From NCBI GenBank assembly GCA_022823405.1, contig JAJDXD010000095.1, positions 4,809 to 68,808 of the forward strand: a stretch of DNA of 64,000 nt. Reading direction: 5' to 3'. Shown here piece after piece: positions 11,463 through 21,873 of the stretch. Both the position numbers and the translations under genes were made by a program. Positions within the stretch are counted from its first letter, which is position 1. Each line of letters starts with the position of its first letter. Source of the stretch: Gammaproteobacteria bacterium. Lineage in GTDB: Bacteria; Pseudomonadota; Gammaproteobacteria; Arenicellales; JAJDZL01. A model generated the notes under the pieces. That model did not search any database. It had not been told where the DNA came from and worked only from the letters and a program-made list of their open reading frames with translations.

Positions 11463-11960
11463 TTAACTGGTCAATAATTCTGGCGTCAGATATGGAGACA
11501 CAAGTTCTCGCATCTGTACAACATAGGGTTCAAGCAGTGCCAATGCAACCGAATTCTGCCACCATGATGCATCTGGAATAAATGCAAATGTACTGACTAA
11601 AGCAAGCACGAGCACAATGACAAGGCCGCGGACGATGCCGAATGCAGCGCCTAAAGTACGATCAATTCCAACGATGGTTTGAACAACAATCAGACGCGCC
11701 AGTACGACACTTACAATGGTAGCAATTAACAATAGTGCGAAAAACAGAATTAAATTTGCAGCGATCACCTGCAAGGCAGGGTCGAGATTGTAGTCTGAAA
11801 GATAAGGGATGACCAGATCGGCATACGTCCAAGTACCCCACGCGGCAAATACCCAAGACAGCACAGACAGAAAGGACTGGATAAAGCCCCTGAAATAGCC
11901 AATCAATAGCGAAACAAGAATGACAACAACGCAGCCGATGTCAATGACGAGTGGAGACAA
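11463..11960 (-). CDS. cvpA: CvpA (colicin V production) family membrane protein
   Basis: Hydrophobic, GYFRGF and DRTLGAAFG motifs, canonical position before purF. Confidence 0.93.
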   Translation of the reverse strand: MSPLVIDIGCVVVILVSLLIGYFRGFIQSFLSVLSWVFAAWGTWTYADLVIPYLSDYNLDPALQVIAANLILFFALLLIATIVSVVLARLIVVQTIVGIDRTLGAAFGIVRGLVIVLVLALVSTFAFIPDASWWQNSVALALLEPYVVQMRELVSPYLTPELLTS

Positions 11961-12113
11961 CAGATTTAAACTATTTCAGTTTGTGTAGATACAGATACGC
12001 GCACCGCAAACCAAACTGCGTTACCCGCCTCATAATAATCCATATGAGCCATAGCGTTTTAAAAAAATGTCTGACCGTTCGCTCATCCAAATTGCCTGTT
12101 TGTTGAATTTCAG

Positions 12114-12890
12114 CTAACCTTCGAGCTGACGAACGATGACGGTACCCAAGGAAAGGGCTTTCGTTAGGTCCGGCAATGCTTCAGATGCTTTTTCTTTAGA
12201 AGAATATGGGCCCACCAGAACTCTGATCAATCCATTGGCAGGTTCTAATTTGTATGGCAGATTCCTAGTTCGTATCTTGTTACCGAGTTTATGCGCATTT
12301 TCAGCAATTTCAAATGCGCCGACCTGAATATACCAGGTTCCCACCGGAACAGTAGGTTTCAAGGATTTTGCTGATTCTGGCTGATTCGTGTCGACTTTAG
12401 CAACGTTGTTTGATTCACCGATCTGTCTGATCGTCAGCTGATTTACACCCAACTCAGCTTCAATCTTGTCTTTGGCACGATTAGTTTCCGCCTGAGAATG
12501 GTAAGGACCAATAAACATATGCAACAACTGATCTGCGCCAACTTCAATTTGAACGGGTTCTTGCAAACGCAAGTACTTAAGGCGTTCAACTTCAGTTTCT
12601 ATCTTACTCTGGTAAGAACCCACATGGATATACCAACCCGAAGCTAATGACACGCTATCAATCGATGATGAATTTAAACCAGCGGTCCTGGCAGCTGGAT
12701 CTTCGGACTGTGCAGTTGAAGCCGCTATATTTGCAGTCATTTGAGACACTGGAAGTTGGCTGTCGTTTTCAGAGAAATTCATAACTTTAAAAATAACAAG
12801 ATACCCGAAAACACCCCAGATCAACATGCCCGTTAGCATATGCCAAGGGTTCGATTTTGGCTCACGCAATCGGTTGAGGCGTTTGTTCAT
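12114..12890 (-). CDS. dedD: SPOR-domain cell division protein (DedD-like, two SPOR domains)
   Basis: N-terminal TM segment and two SPOR-like motifs (WYIHVGSY...FIGPY, WYIQVGAF...LVGPY); folC-dedD-cvpA position. Confidence 0.75.
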   Translation of the reverse strand: MNKRLNRLREPKSNPWHMLTGMLIWGVFGYLVIFKVMNFSENDSQLPVSQMTANIAASTAQSEDPAARTAGLNSSSIDSVSLASGWYIHVGSYQSKIETEVERLKYLRLQEPVQIEVGADQLLHMFIGPYHSQAETNRAKDKIEAELGVNQLTIRQIGESNNVAKVDTNQPESAKSLKPTVPVGTWYIQVGAFEIAENAHKLGNKIRTRNLPYKLEPANGLIRVLVGPYSSKEKASEALPDLTKALSLGTVIVRQLEG

Positions 12891-14251
12891 AACATCCCTG
12901 ATACCTGATCTCGATACCGCTGCATCACTTCACCGACAGTCAGAAAGGAGCCGAATACCACGATTCGATCACTTGCAGAAACTCGGGATAATATCGATTC
13001 AAATCCTGATCTCACATCGAAATGGAGCTCGATTGCACAGTTTTCGGATAGCACCGGTTGCACGCGCCGATGGAGTTGTCTTGCGGTGATTCCCCGTTCA
13101 TCATGAATACCACACAAATGCCACTCGTCGAATACATGTGCTATAGCCTCGCTCATCAGCTCAATCGGTTTCTCAGACAGTACCGACATCAACGCTATGT
13201 TTTTTCCGACTACCGGATGCTTGACCAGGTAGTCTGCCATTTCACGTATTGATTCGATGTTATGCGCAACGTCAAGCAATACCTGCGGAGATTCCTGAAC
13301 AACTTGCAATCGACCATGAATTCGAGTCGCTTCAATTCCGCTTCGAATGGCGTCATCTGGCAAATCGAACATTTGTCGGGCAAGTAGAGCGATAGCCGCA
13401 GCGCCTGTGGCATTGTCCTTCTGACATCTTCCGGATATAGGCGGTTTTGGAATATCAGAAAGTTCAACATGCATATCTTGCAACTTCAAGCGTACGGACC
13501 ATCGGTCCAATTCGAATTCTGAAGTAAAGTCTTCACCAATCACATGCAGTTTTAGCGAAAGATCTTCGGCTGCTTTACGAACTGATTGCGGTAATTCTGA
13601 GTCTGTACAAACGGCTAACTGATCAGTGCGCAATATACCGGCTTTTTCGTAACCAATCTGCTCACGCGTGCTGCCCAACCACTTTTCATGATCCGTACCA
13701 ATTGAAGTAATGCAGGCAATCTCGGCATCCATGATGTTCACAGCATCCTTACGTCCACCGAGCCCAACTTCGAAAACTGCCACATCGACATTTCTTTGAA
13801 TGAAATAATCAACCGCAATTGCAGTGCCATACTCAAAAAATGTTAACGGCACCTCACCGCGACAGGCTTCGACTCGCTGAAACGCCCTCAATGCATCAGC
13901 ATTAGATATCTGCTTACCGTCTACAACAAATCTCTCATTAAAATCAACCAAGTGAGGGGAGGTATAAAGTCCAGTTGAATAACCCGCATGTCTGAAAATT
14001 GATTCAACCATATGTGCGACCGATCCCTTTCCATTGGTGCCGGCAACGCTAATCACCCGAAAGGGAATCTTTTGTCCGGTGATGCGGTCAATAACAGTTC
14101 GAACACGGTCGAGAGTGAGGTCCATCGTCCGATAATGCAACCTTTGGATATAGTCAATCCAATTGTCCAGATCCCGCAATTTGTGCTCTGCACCCAACTG
14201 CAGGTTGATGACGCTCGAATCAGGTCGAGGTAAGTGCTGCTTAGTTTGCAT
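12887..14251 (-). CDS. folC: Bifunctional folylpolyglutamate/dihydrofolate synthase
   Basis: [27 protein letters not shown]. Confidence 0.97.
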   Translation of the reverse strand: MQTKQHLPRPDSSVINLQLGAEHKLRDLDNWIDYIQRLHYRTMDLTLDRVRTVIDRITGQKIPFRVISVAGTNGKGSVAHMVESIFRHAGYSTGLYTSPHLVDFNERFVVDGKQISNADALRAFQRVEACRGEVPLTFFEYGTAIAVDYFIQRNVDVAVFEVGLGGRKDAVNIMDAEIACITSIGTDHEKWLGSTREQIGYEKAGILRTDQLAVCTDSELPQSVRKAAEDLSLKLHVIGEDFTSEFELDRWSVRLKLQDMHVELSDIPKPPISGRCQKDNATGAAAIALLARQMFDLPDDAIRSGIEATRIHGRLQVVQESPQVLLDVAHNIESIREMADYLVKHPVVGKNIALMSVLSEKPIELMSEAIAHVFDEWHLCGIHDERGITARQLHRRVQPVLSENCAIELHFDVRSGFESILSRVSASDRIVVFGSFLTVGEVMQRYRDQVSGML

Positions 14252-15122
14252 GACTTCTTGAATTAGCGTGATTCGGCACTAATATCGAAAGTAGTGTGTG
14301 GATGTGATCTCGAAGTCCCCTCCTGTCAACAACCATATCAAGCGCACCGTGTTCAAGATGGAACTCCGCTCGCTGGAAATCATCCGGCAGGGATTCGCGT
14401 ACCGTTTGTTCGACAACCCGTCGGCCGGCAAATCCAATCAGTGCTTTTGGTTCTGCAATTATGATGTCGCCCAACATTGCGAAACTGGCGGATACGCCAC
14501 CCATAGTCGGATCAGTCAATACAGAAATATACGGCAGTTTCTCTGAATTCAATCGGTCCACCGCCGCTGTGGTTTTGGCCATCTGCATTAGTGAAAACAT
14601 TGATTCCTGCATTCTTGCGCCACCACTCGCCGAAAAACATACAAATGGTGAACGGGTTTCAACACTCGCGTCGACACCATGTACAAACCGCTCGCCGACA
14701 ACAGACCCCATTGAACCGCCCAGAAATTCAAAATCAAATGCGGAAACAATGATCGGCATTTCTTTCAGTTCGCCCGAATAGACAGCCAGCGCATCATAGT
14801 GTCCTGTCTTTTTTTGCGCCTCAGTAAGCCTGTCCTTATATTTTTTTCGGTCGCGAAACTTCAATTTATCCACCGGCTTGACTTCACCGTCCAATGGTTT
14901 GGCAGTGCCTTCATCGAGAAAAGATTCGATCCGCTTGATTGCATTAATTCGCATATGGTGATCGCATTTGGGACAGACGTTTAGATTCTGTTCCAGTTCA
15001 ACCTGGTATAGAACTGCCGTGCATTCGGGGCATTTGACCCAAATACCTTCGGGTACCCCCTTTTTTGACAAGCGCCCGCCTGATTTGATTTTTGGGGGCA
15101 ATAAGTCAGTGAACCAATTCAT
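14241..15122 (-). CDS. accD: Acetyl-CoA carboxylase carboxyltransferase beta subunit
   Basis: Zn finger CPEC...[26 protein letters not shown]. Confidence 0.98.
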   Translation of the reverse strand: MNWFTDLLPPKIKSGGRLSKKGVPEGIWVKCPECTAVLYQVELEQNLNVCPKCDHHMRINAIKRIESFLDEGTAKPLDGEVKPVDKLKFRDRKKYKDRLTEAQKKTGHYDALAVYSGELKEMPIIVSAFDFEFLGGSMGSVVGERFVHGVDASVETRSPFVCFSASGGARMQESMFSLMQMAKTTAAVDRLNSEKLPYISVLTDPTMGGVSASFAMLGDIIIAEPKALIGFAGRRVVEQTVRESLPDDFQRAEFHLEHGALDMVVDRRGLRDHIHTLLSILVPNHANSRSHAN

Positions 15123-15143
15123 AAATCAATTCGGACAATTGAA

Positions 15144-15827
15144 CTAGTTTGCATATGTCGCTCGATCAGCCACCTGAACAGCACCAACGAATTCGCGAAT
15201 TGCTGCTGGATTCTTTATGCCTTCACTAAACTCAACTCCAGTGCTGACATCAACCGCAGTCGGTCGAATTTTTTTGATAGCTTTTGCAATATTGTTGCTG
15301 TGGAGTCCGCCAGCCAATATGACAGGTTTCTCAATCTGTGGCACGTAATTCCAAGAAAATGTTTTTCCAGTTCCACCGACTTTATCTTTGACGTAGGCAT
15401 CAAGCAGCAAGCCACTCGCCTCCGGATAGGTATCCACCGCTTGCCTAACCTGCTCAGTGCTCCTGACTCGAAGAGCTTTAATGAACGGAATACCCGGTTC
15501 GCGGCAACGACTTTGCGGCTCTTCTCCGTGAAACTGGATAAATGTCGGTCGAACATCCTGCACGATGGCGTCAAGTAGATCATCGTCGGGATTAACGACT
15601 ACTGCAATTGACGTAATATCGGACGGCAAGCTTTCACGAATCGTTTTCGCTTTGGTACTACTAAGGTTCCTGCCACTAGGCGGATAGAATATTAGGCCGA
15701 TTGCCTCCACCCCACACTGAGCCGCAAATATTGCATCCTCAATACGCGTTATTCCACAAACCTTAATTTGTGTTGAACGATTGCCTTCAATTGACTCCGA
15801 AGCAAGGAAGCGAGGAGTGGGATCCAT
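15144..15827 (-). CDS. trpF: Phosphoribosylanthranilate isomerase
   Basis: KVCGIT, QFHGEE, LLDAY, GGTGKTF, LAGGL, DVSTGVE. Confidence 0.96.
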   Translation of the reverse strand: MDPTPRFLASESIEGNRSTQIKVCGITRIEDAIFAAQCGVEAIGLIFYPPSGRNLSSTKAKTIRESLPSDITSIAVVVNPDDDLLDAIVQDVRPTFIQFHGEEPQSRCREPGIPFIKALRVRSTEQVRQAVDTYPEASGLLLDAYVKDKVGGTGKTFSWNYVPQIEKPVILAGGLHSNNIAKAIKKIRPTAVDVSTGVEFSEGIKNPAAIREFVGAVQVADRATYAN

Positions 15828-16206
15828 CGTGTTGAATTATCGGTTGGAAAAACTCTTGGACTGTCTGAGAACAAAGCGGTTCAAATCTCACTTCGTCCTT
15901 CAAAACACTCCATTCAGCCTCGTTTAAAGTGTACTCATCAATTATATTAAACGGACTGTAGTCGACATAACATTGTGATTTTCAAGGGTTTCAAGCTGCA
16001 TTAAATATCTACCATTTCTGGGCTTAGAATCTGAAATTTAAGGCATTTCTTCATACAGTTAGACAGCGTTCACTGTCAATAGTGCAACAAAACGAAATAG
16101 TTCTTTACTGTCTGGTGGCTTGGATTTTTCAATCTACCATTCGAGACCCGAAGACTCAAAGAATCTACATTCTTTCCATTACACCTAATCATCGGAAGTC
16201 AAAGCA

Positions 16207-17538
16207 GTGCAAAAATTCGATCTGATCATACGCAATGGGCGGGTTTCTCGAAGAGACGGCTCCACATTGGATTCTGATATCGCGTGCAATAACGGTCTAA
16301 TTGTTCAGATCAGTCCAATGATCGACGAGAACGCTATCGATCAAATAGACGCCTGCGGACATTTGGTTCTGCCTGGAGCAGTTGACGCTCAGGTTCATTT
16401 CCGTGACCCCGGGAATACTCATAAAGAAGACCTTGGTTCGGGATCCCGCGCTGCAGTGAAAGGCGGGGTTACGAGTTTTCTCGAAATGCCCAATACACAA
16501 CCGCCGACGATTGATCAGAAATCGCTTGATCGCAAACTTGCTCAAGCGGCTCAAAACTGTGTGGCAAACTATGGGTTCTTTATCGGTGCCACACCCAACA
16601 ATCTTGACGCAATCAACACAACTAATCCCGTCTGCGGAATCAAAATTTTCATGGGGTCAAGTACCGGTGATCTGTTAGTCCATAAAGACTCTGACCTCGA
16701 AAGAATATTTAAAAACGGTGAGCGGCTGATTGCGGTTCATGCAGAGGACGAAGCTCGTCTCCGTCAGCGAAAAAATTTACTACTTGACGGTAATGCGGAT
16801 CTTTCTGATCTTCGAATCCACACACGAATTCGCGACGATGAATGTGCTTTGATTGCTACCCGGCAGGCAACGGAGTTGTCACAAAGATTTAACCGTCGAC
16901 TTCACATTCTTCACCTCACCTCGGCAAAAGAAGTGAAATACTTGAGACAAGAAAAAACAGATAGGATCACAGTTGAATGTACACCAAATCATCTGTTTCT
17001 AACTGAGGAAGACTACCAGATCAACGGTAGTCGGGTGCAAATTAATCCACCTATCAGAACCCAGGAAGATCAGGACGAGTTGTGGGCAGGGTTGAAGGAT
17101 GGAACCATCGACTTTATCGCAACGGACCATGCACCTCATACCCTGGAAGAAAAATCCCAGCCCTACCCCCACTCACCTTCAGGAATGCCTGGCGTAGAAA
17201 CCTCTTTGCCTTTGATGCTGAGCGCGTGGAAGTCCGGCCGATGTACACTGGCTGAGGTGTTGAAATGGATGTGCTGGGGCCCAGTTGAGGCTTACGGAAT
17301 CATTGACAGGGGAAATCTGAGTGAAGGCTGTCACGCTGACCTGGCGATCGTCAATGTTGATGACTATCGGCCTGTCCGTGATGCTGAAATGTTCACCAAA
17401 GTGCGTTGGAACCCATTCTCGGGTAGAGAACTGACTGGCTGGCCCGTCTGGACAATCGTAAACGGGAAAATTGCATTTGCTGATGGGAAAATCTGTGAGA
17501 ATGTCAGAGGCGAAACGCTGAGATTCTACAACAAATAA
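16207..17538 (+). CDS. pyrC: Dihydroorotase-like cyclic amidohydrolase (QxH subgroup)
   Basis: DAQVHFRDPG, EMPNTQP, KIFMGSS, VHAED, NPPIR, ATDHAPH, SGMPG; substrate not proven by motifs. Confidence 0.7.
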   Translation: MQKFDLIIRNGRVSRRDGSTLDSDIACNNGLIVQISPMIDENAIDQIDACGHLVLPGAVDAQVHFRDPGNTHKEDLGSGSRAAVKGGVTSFLEMPNTQPPTIDQKSLDRKLAQAAQNCVANYGFFIGATPNNLDAINTTNPVCGIKIFMGSSTGDLLVHKDSDLERIFKNGERLIAVHAEDEARLRQRKNLLLDGNADLSDLRIHTRIRDDECALIATRQATELSQRFNRRLHILHLTSAKEVKYLRQEKTDRITVECTPNHLFLTEEDYQINGSRVQINPPIRTQEDQDELWAGLKDGTIDFIATDHAPHTLEEKSQPYPHSPSGMPGVETSLPLMLSAWKSGRCTLAEVLKWMCWGPVEAYGIIDRGNLSEGCHADLAIVNVDDYRPVRDAEMFTKVRWNPFSGRELTGWPVWTIVNGKIAFADGKICENVRGETLRFYNK

Positions 17539-17544
17539 CTTCTA

Positions 17545-17997
17545 TCAGTCAGCCGGTTCCCTAGCCAACATAATGGTGAACGGTCCATCGTTTTCCAACC
17601 TCACTTTCATATCGGCGCCAAAACTTCCTGTAGCAATGGGTATTTTGGCGACTCGACCCAGAGCAAGTACGAATTTGTCAAAAAGATCACTCGCTTGCTC
17701 TGGAGCCAGTGCCTTTGTGAAATCCGGGCGTCGACCACGGGCAGTCGACGCATATAGGGTAAATTGAGGGACAGCGAGAATCTCTCCGCCGACATCGATC
17801 AGTGAGTGCTGTAAACGCCCCTGGTCATCTGGAAATATTCGAAGATTGACAGTTTTTGAGGCCAGCTCATTAACGGTTTTCTCGTTATCGCGGTGAGTGA
17901 AACCAACAAACAGCAGCGCGCCGTTTCCAATTGACCCAATACGCTCACCTGATACAGAAACCGAAGCGCTCAGCACCCGTTGAATCAGCACTCTCAT
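17545..17997 (-). CDS. dtd: D-aminoacyl-tRNA deacylase
   Basis: MRVLIQRV, QFTL, GRRPDF, NDGPFT. Confidence 0.96.
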   Translation of the reverse strand: MRVLIQRVLSASVSVSGERIGSIGNGALLFVGFTHRDNEKTVNELASKTVNLRIFPDDQGRLQHSLIDVGGEILAVPQFTLYASTARGRRPDFTKALAPEQASDLFDKFVLALGRVAKIPIATGSFGADMKVRLENDGPFTIMLAREPAD

Positions 17998-18026
17998 GCC
18001 AGATGTCGGGCCAGAGACTTGACCTG

Positions 18027-20117
18027 TCAGGCAGCATGGTCGATAGCCTTCATGCTAAGGCGGATGCGACCCTGTTTATCAATCTCCAGAACCTTAACTT
18101 TCACTACATCGCCTTCTTTAAGCACATCGGACACCTGATTGACCCGACGTTTGGAAATTTGAGAGATGTGTACCAGTCCATCTCGGCCAGGAAGGACGTT
18201 TACAAAAGCACCAAAATCCATTAATTTCACGACCGCCCCTTCGTAGATCTTACCGACCTCGACATCGGAGGTGATCTGCTTAATCCGCTCTTTGGCCGCT
18301 TCACCGCCAGATTTGTCAATTGAAGCAATGTTGATGATTCCTTCATCAGATACATCAATCGTTGCACCGGTCTCTTCAGACAATGCTCGAATTGTGGATC
18401 CACCTTTTCCGATTACGTCCCGAATCTTGCTTGGGCTGATTTTCATCGTGATAATACGCGGTGCAAACTCAGAGATTTCCTCACGCGGTTCTGCCAGCAC
18501 TTTACTCATTTCTTTAAGCACATGAAGACGAGCTTCCTTGGCCTGTTCCAAGGCGGCATCCATGATGGTTTCAGTGATACCATCGATTTTGATATCCATC
18601 TGAAGTGCAGTGATCCCCTCTTCGGTTCCTGCGACCTTAAAGTCCATATCGCCCAAATGGTCTTCATCACCCAAAATGTCTGTTAGAATTTTGAAATTGT
18701 CACCATCCTTAATCAGACCCATTGCTACTCCGGAAACGGGTGCCGAAATTTTGACACCGGCATCCATGAGTGACAGGCTTGTGCCGCACACAGTTGCCAT
18801 GGAACTTGATCCATTCGATTCGGTAATTTCTGAAACAACTCGAATGACATAAGGACAACTTTCCCTTTCTGGTAGCACCGCAGCAATCGCGCGCTTGGCT
18901 AGTCTACCGTGGCCAATTTCTCTGCGTTTGGGCGATCCGACTCGGCCGGTTTCACCAACGCAGAACGGCGGAAAGTTATAGTGCAGCAGAAATGGGTCAC
19001 GGTGTTCGCCTTCCAGTGCATCAATGATTTGTGCATCTCGTTCGGTGCCTAGTGTTGTAATTACCAACGCTTGCGTCTCACCCCGTGTAAAGGCTGCAGA
19101 GCCGTGAGTTCTGGGGAAAACCTGTGTTCGAATATCAATCGGCCGTACAGTTTTTGTGTCACGTCCATCAATTCTCGACTCACCGGCCAGTATTCGACCT
19201 CGTACAACGTCTGATTCGAGTTGCTTCAGTTCATCCTGTGCCTGTTCAGCAACCTCTTCACCAAACTCTTCTGTGATAGACTCGCGGGCTTTTGACTTGA
19301 TTGCTGAGAGTTGGTCTCGCCGTTCCTGCTTCTCTACAATTTTGTAGGCAGTTTCGATTTCCGCACGTGCCAACTCGTTAATCCTGTCAACCAGTTGAGA
19401 GTTAGGTTCCGGTGACTGAAAGTCCCATTTGGGTTTACCCACACTTTCAGCAAGATCAGAAATCGCGTCGATGGCGACTTGCATCTGCTGATGTCCAAAC
19501 ATCACTGCGCCTAGCATTTGTTCTTCCGAAAGACACTTCGCTTCGGATTCAACCATCAATACCGCATCCCGGGTACCTGCCACTACAAGATCAAGTTTCG
19601 ATTCGTTCTGTAAAATTTCAGATGATGGATTCAGAACATATTCGCCATCAATGAAGCCAACCCGGGTACCGGCTAAAGTACCGTTAAACGGAACACCAGA
19701 AATCTTTACTGCAGCCGAGGCACCAAGCATAGCAATGATGTCAGGATCAATATTTGGATCAACTGACATGATGGTTGCGATGATTTGTATTTCATGGTAA
19801 AAACCTTTCGGAAACAACGGTCGCAGAGGGCGGTCAATTAACCTACAGGTTAAAACCGCTTTTTCTGAAGGCCTTCCTTCACGCTTAAAAAAACCGCCGG
19901 GAATTCTTCCGGCGGCATAAGTACGTTCTTCGTATTCAACTGTCAGTGGCAGAAAATTGAAATCCTTTGGTTCAGAATCTGCTACTAGTGTAACCAATAC
20001 CGATGTGTCTCCCATACTGGCTACAACAGCTCCAGTCGCCTGACGGGCGATTCGTCCAGTTTCAAGATGTACTTCGTGTGTTCCATATTGAAACCTGGTT
20101 TCCGCAAAGTCGCTCAT
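18027..20117 (-). CDS. pnp: Polyribonucleotide nucleotidyltransferase
   Basis: RRTIPGG-type [34 protein letters not shown] and S1 domains. Confidence 0.98.
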   Translation of the reverse strand: MSDFAETRFQYGTHEVHLETGRIARQATGAVVASMGDTSVLVTLVADSEPKDFNFLPLTVEYEERTYAAGRIPGGFFKREGRPSEKAVLTCRLIDRPLRPLFPKGFYHEIQIIATIMSVDPNIDPDIIAMLGASAAVKISGVPFNGTLAGTRVGFIDGEYVLNPSSEILQNESKLDLVVAGTRDAVLMVESEAKCLSEEQMLGAVMFGHQQMQVAIDAISDLAESVGKPKWDFQSPEPNSQLVDRINELARAEIETAYKIVEKQERRDQLSAIKSKARESITEEFGEEVAEQAQDELKQLESDVVRGRILAGESRIDGRDTKTVRPIDIRTQVFPRTHGSAAFTRGETQALVITTLGTERDAQIIDALEGEHRDPFLLHYNFPPFCVGETGRVGSPKRREIGHGRLAKRAIAAVLPERESCPYVIRVVSEITESNGSSSMATVCGTSLSLMDAGVKISAPVSGVAMGLIKDGDNFKILTDILGDEDHLGDMDFKVAGTEEGITALQMDIKIDGITETIMDAALEQAKEARLHVLKEMSKVLAEPREEISEFAPRIITMKISPSKIRDVIGKGGSTIRALSEETGATIDVSDEGIINIASIDKSGGEAAKERIKQITSDVEVGKIYEGAVVKLMDFGAFVNVLPGRDGLVHISQISKRRVNQVSDVLKEGDVVKVKVLEIDKQGRIRLSMKAIDHAA

Positions 20118-20147
20118 TAATGTTTCTCCAAAATGTTGCTCAATTTA

Positions 20148-20417
20148 TCACTTCCTTAATCCCAGTCTGGAGATCAACTCTCGGTATCTTTCCGGATCCG
20201 TAGATTTCAGATAATCTAATAGTTTTCGACGACGATTCACCATACGAAGCAACCCTTGCCTTGAGTGATGATCGTGCTTGTGTTCCTTGAAATGTTCAGT
20301 CAATCCCCGAATTCTTTCTGTCAGTAGAGCAACCTGAACCTCGGGCGATCCAGTATCACTATCACTGCGTTGGAACTCGTTGACTATATTCGCTTTTTCT
20401 GCAACAGATAATGCCAT
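20148..20417 (-). CDS. rpsO: 30S ribosomal protein S15
   Basis: [24 protein letters not shown]. Confidence 0.99.
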   Translation of the reverse strand: MALSVAEKANIVNEFQRSDSDTGSPEVQVALLTERIRGLTEHFKEHKHDHHSRQGLLRMVNRRRKLLDYLKSTDPERYRELISRLGLRK

Positions 20418-20507
20418 GTGAATGTACTCAATATAAGAAATACGAAAAGGGAATGTGAATGGAAAAACGCAAGGTGGGCAAGCTGAATCTGCATATCATA
20501 CTTCAGT

Positions 20508-21425
20508 TCAAACACCTGATGCGTGAAATAGACGCTTTGGTGCGACCCTACCATCACCGAGTGAAGTTCCAATACCCAGGAACCCCACAGTGTTTTCATA
20601 CAGACGTACCAAACCGTCGGGTGGCAGATTGCCAGCTCGAACGGTTTGACCTCTGCACAAGTAATAAGCAGCGTCGAAACTCAAATCAACTTTTGGCAAA
20701 TGGGAAAGTGTTTCATCACCCGGTACGATCAGTCTGCGTCGCTCCTCCAAATGCTCAATCTGCTCGATCTGTTCCAAAGTACTGCTGTCTTCAATACTCA
20801 ATTGACCAACACCGAGTCTGCGTAGGGATACAACGTGTCCACCGCAGCCCAATTGTTCACCAATTTCTTCAGCCAAAACTCTCACATAGAATCCTCGCGA
20901 GCTGTTGAGTATGATTTCAAACTCGGGGGGCGAAAATTCCAGCAACTCAATTCTGTAGATTTTGACCTTACGCGCAGACCGTTCAACCTCGATACCCTGG
21001 CGAGCCAGTTTGTACAAGGGTTCGCCATTTAGTTTGACTGCTGAATACATTGGCGGAACCTGGTCAGATTCACCTACAAAACTCTTCAGAACACGTTTCA
21101 GCTGACGTTCGGTCACTGAGACCGGACGCTCAGCAATTACCTGCCCGTCACGATCCCCAGTGTCTGTTGATTCACCCAGTCTAATTCGAGTTCGATAACA
21201 TTTGTCCGCATCCAGAAAAAAACTTGCGACTTTGGTTGCTGAACCTAAACAAATGGGCAACAATCCAGTTGCAAGCGGATCTAAACTGCCGGTGTGCCCC
21301 GCTTTGCGAATTCGTAGCAAGGACTTGACTCGATGCAGTGCTGCATTTGACGACATTCCACCTGGTTTATCCAGCAATAAAACCCCGCTCACCTGAGAGT
21401 AATTTTTTGTTTGCTTAATGTTCAC
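20508..21425 (-). CDS. truB: tRNA pseudouridine(55) synthase
   Basis: LDKPGG, GHTGSLDPLATG, PPMYSAVK. Confidence 0.97.
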   Translation of the reverse strand: MNIKQTKNYSQVSGVLLLDKPGGMSSNAALHRVKSLLRIRKAGHTGSLDPLATGLLPICLGSATKVASFFLDADKCYRTRIRLGESTDTGDRDGQVIAERPVSVTERQLKRVLKSFVGESDQVPPMYSAVKLNGEPLYKLARQGIEVERSARKVKIYRIELLEFSPPEFEIILNSSRGFYVRVLAEEIGEQLGCGGHVVSLRRLGVGQLSIEDSSTLEQIEQIEHLEERRRLIVPGDETLSHLPKVDLSFDAAYYLCRGQTVRAGNLPPDGLVRLYENTVGFLGIGTSLGDGRVAPKRLFHASGV

Positions 21426-21817
21426 TGTGCTTTTTTGCTCAACACTGTTGTCTCATCAATCAACTGCAGCACTCGGGTACTGCGCGATGGCAAATCGTCG
21501 ACAAAGAATCGAAGTGCAGGGGTGTACTTTAATTCCAGGTGATCGCTCAAGCAGTGGCGTATGTACGATTTTGCGCGATTGAGGCGATCCACGCTTGCCT
21601 GAAGCACATCCCTTGATTCGGTACTCGTCAAAAATACCCTGGCATGTTTCATGTCCTTTGACAATTCCACTTCAGTAATTGTGGTTCGAGATATCCGCGG
21701 GTCGGAAATGCTAGTTTGAAGAATTTGACTGAGTGCCTGATGCACTACTGACCCTACCTTCCTGGTACGGTTTGAACTGGAATCAGATCGAATTCGATTC
21801 AAGTGAATTGAGGACAT
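21422..21817 (-). CDS. rbfA: Ribosome-binding factor A
   Basis: ITEVELSKDMKHARVF, YTPALRFFVD; between infB and truB. Confidence 0.93.
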   Translation of the reverse strand: MSSIHLNRIRSDSSSNRTRKVGSVVHQALSQILQTSISDPRISRTTITEVELSKDMKHARVFLTSTESRDVLQASVDRLNRAKSYIRHCLSDHLELKYTPALRFFVDDLPSRSTRVLQLIDETTVLSKKAQ

Positions 21818-21873
21818 GTCTTGAATGAAACGACAGTTGAATTGAGAAAGGAATATTCCGGTTTAAACAGAAG

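Noticed and set aside
14241-15827. trpF directly followed by accD, with no trpB/trpA
   Set aside because: The same order occurs in Pseudomonas, where trpBA lie elsewhere; one window cannot show auxotrophy.
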